Shown here piece after piece: positions 54,999 to 55,691 of a stretch of 55,691 nucleotides of DNA. The stretch is from IMG/VR virus record IMGVR_UViG_3300046747_000409, one strand, 5' to 3'. This DNA comes from an uncultured virus (IMG/VR IMGVR_UViG_3300046747_000409). Its lineage: Duplodnaviria; Heunggongvirae; Uroviricota; Caudoviricetes. Under the pieces are notes generated by a model that made no database searches, had not been told where the DNA came from, and was given only the letters and a program-made list of their open reading frames with translations. A program made the position numbers and the translations under genes. The stretch's first letter is position 1, and each line of letters starts with the position of its first letter.

Positions 54999-55691
54999 AT
55001 GGCCCGTCGTCGCTCCTCATCGAAGCGCTCCAGCCCGCGCGCAGCACTGATTCGGTCGCTGCGTCGGTCGGCCGAGCTGAGCATGGAGTTCAGCGACGAA
55101 CGGGACAACCTGGATGAACTATCGCTCAAACAACTGCGGAGCCTGAGCAAGAAAATGCGCAATCCTCGTCGCGCCAAGCGGAACTGCGGACGCAACCCCC
55201 ATCACCGGGGGGATTCGGGGGCGTTTACTAAGGAGGAGCGGGAGCTCATCTACCAATGGGTACCTGAGTATAACAACCACTTCATGATCCACAGGGAGCA
55301 CAACACTCCCGGCGTCGATGCGCTCGAACGCAAGTTGCAAAAGCTCAAGAAGCGAGACGCGGTTGCCTGGGGGTCGATTGAGAAGCGACGGTACGCTGCG
55401 ATCAAACGACAGCAGCGCTCGAATCCGTACCGCGAAGACACCTTCTACGCTGACCGGGAGATCCGAAAGGTGAAGAAGGCCAAGCGCTCGAAGCATCGCC
55501 GGCACGCGTCGAAGACGGGCATGAAGGCCGTGCTGGGGCGGATGAACCCACGAGGCAAGGGTCGCTTGCGCACCACCGGGACAGCCGGGGGCAAGTACAC
55601 GCGCTATCTCGAACGCACGGCCCACAAGCCCAAGGCACGAAAGGGTCGCCCTTCGTTCAAGGGCGGTAAACGTGGGGAGTTCCGCGCCTCG
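54999..55691 (+). CDS. basic NP-motif protein (3'-truncated; missing from the ORF track)
   Basis: GAGGT RBS; MARRRSSSKRSS... open to the window end; MRNPRR, GRNPHH, RSNPYR, RMNPRG. Confidence 0.75.
   Translation, partial: MARRRSSSKRSSPRAALIRSLRRSAELSMEFSDERDNLDELSLKQLRSLSKKMRNPRRAKRNCGRNPHHRGDSGAFTKEERELIYQWVPEYNNHFMIHREHNTPGVDALERKLQKLKKRDAVAWGSIEKRRYAAIKRQQRSNPYREDTFYADREIRKVKKAKRSKHRRHASKTGMKAVLGRMNPRGKGRLRTTGTAGGKYTRYLERTAHKPKARKGRPSFKGGKRGEFRAS

Noticed and set aside
29185..55691. Caudoviricetes head-tail module
   Set aside because: No terminase, portal, HK97 capsid, tail tube or tape-measure signatures recognised; only the fibre motif is shared. Cannot be excluded outside the window
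1..55691. tRNA/rRNA genes and genetic-code reassignment
   Set aside because: No cloverleaf or rRNA-like stretch seen in the few intergenic gaps by eye; known genes (thyA, folA, helicase) are full length in the standard code and all three stop codons are used

Overview
A 55.7 kb piece of a GC-rich prokaryotic dsDNA virus (phage) genome. Nearly all genes are on the + strand; the one exception is a two-gene insert at 35.5-37.6 kb. 1-29.1 kb is the replication, early and metabolic region: family A DNA polymerase (3' part), RuvC-like resolvase, SNF2-type helicase, one intact and one degenerate serine recombinase, ParB-like protein, class-3 lipase, lytic transglycosylase, dNMP kinase, ThyA, DHFR, SLOG protein and many small orphans. 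29.2-55.7 kb is a morphogenesis module with no recognisable terminase, portal, HK97 capsid or tail tube genes. It holds a transglutaminase-like Cys protease, five consecutive tail-anchored membrane proteins, Arg/Lys-rich core-like proteins, five ~190-260 aa beta-rich proteins that look like single jelly-roll capsid/penton proteins, three Thr/Ser-stalk spike proteins beside a GT-B glycosyltransferase, and a 1776-aa repeat fibre. This suggests an unusually large tailless, membrane-containing virus (inference, no database search run). Main observations: (i) a ribbon-helix-helix domain fused to a full diverged copy of the putative major capsid protein, with operator-like repeats upstream; (ii) recurrent (M/L)xGxG adenovirus-protease-like sites and a recurrent NP motif in virion proteins; (iii) a LAGLIDADG + DNA methyltransferase cassette flanked by a recoded duplicate of the capsid gene's last 30 bp; (iv) an early protein that shares the capsid's N-terminal decapeptide; (v) a conserved TCGGACAGGGTACCAT promoter-like motif in front of late genes.
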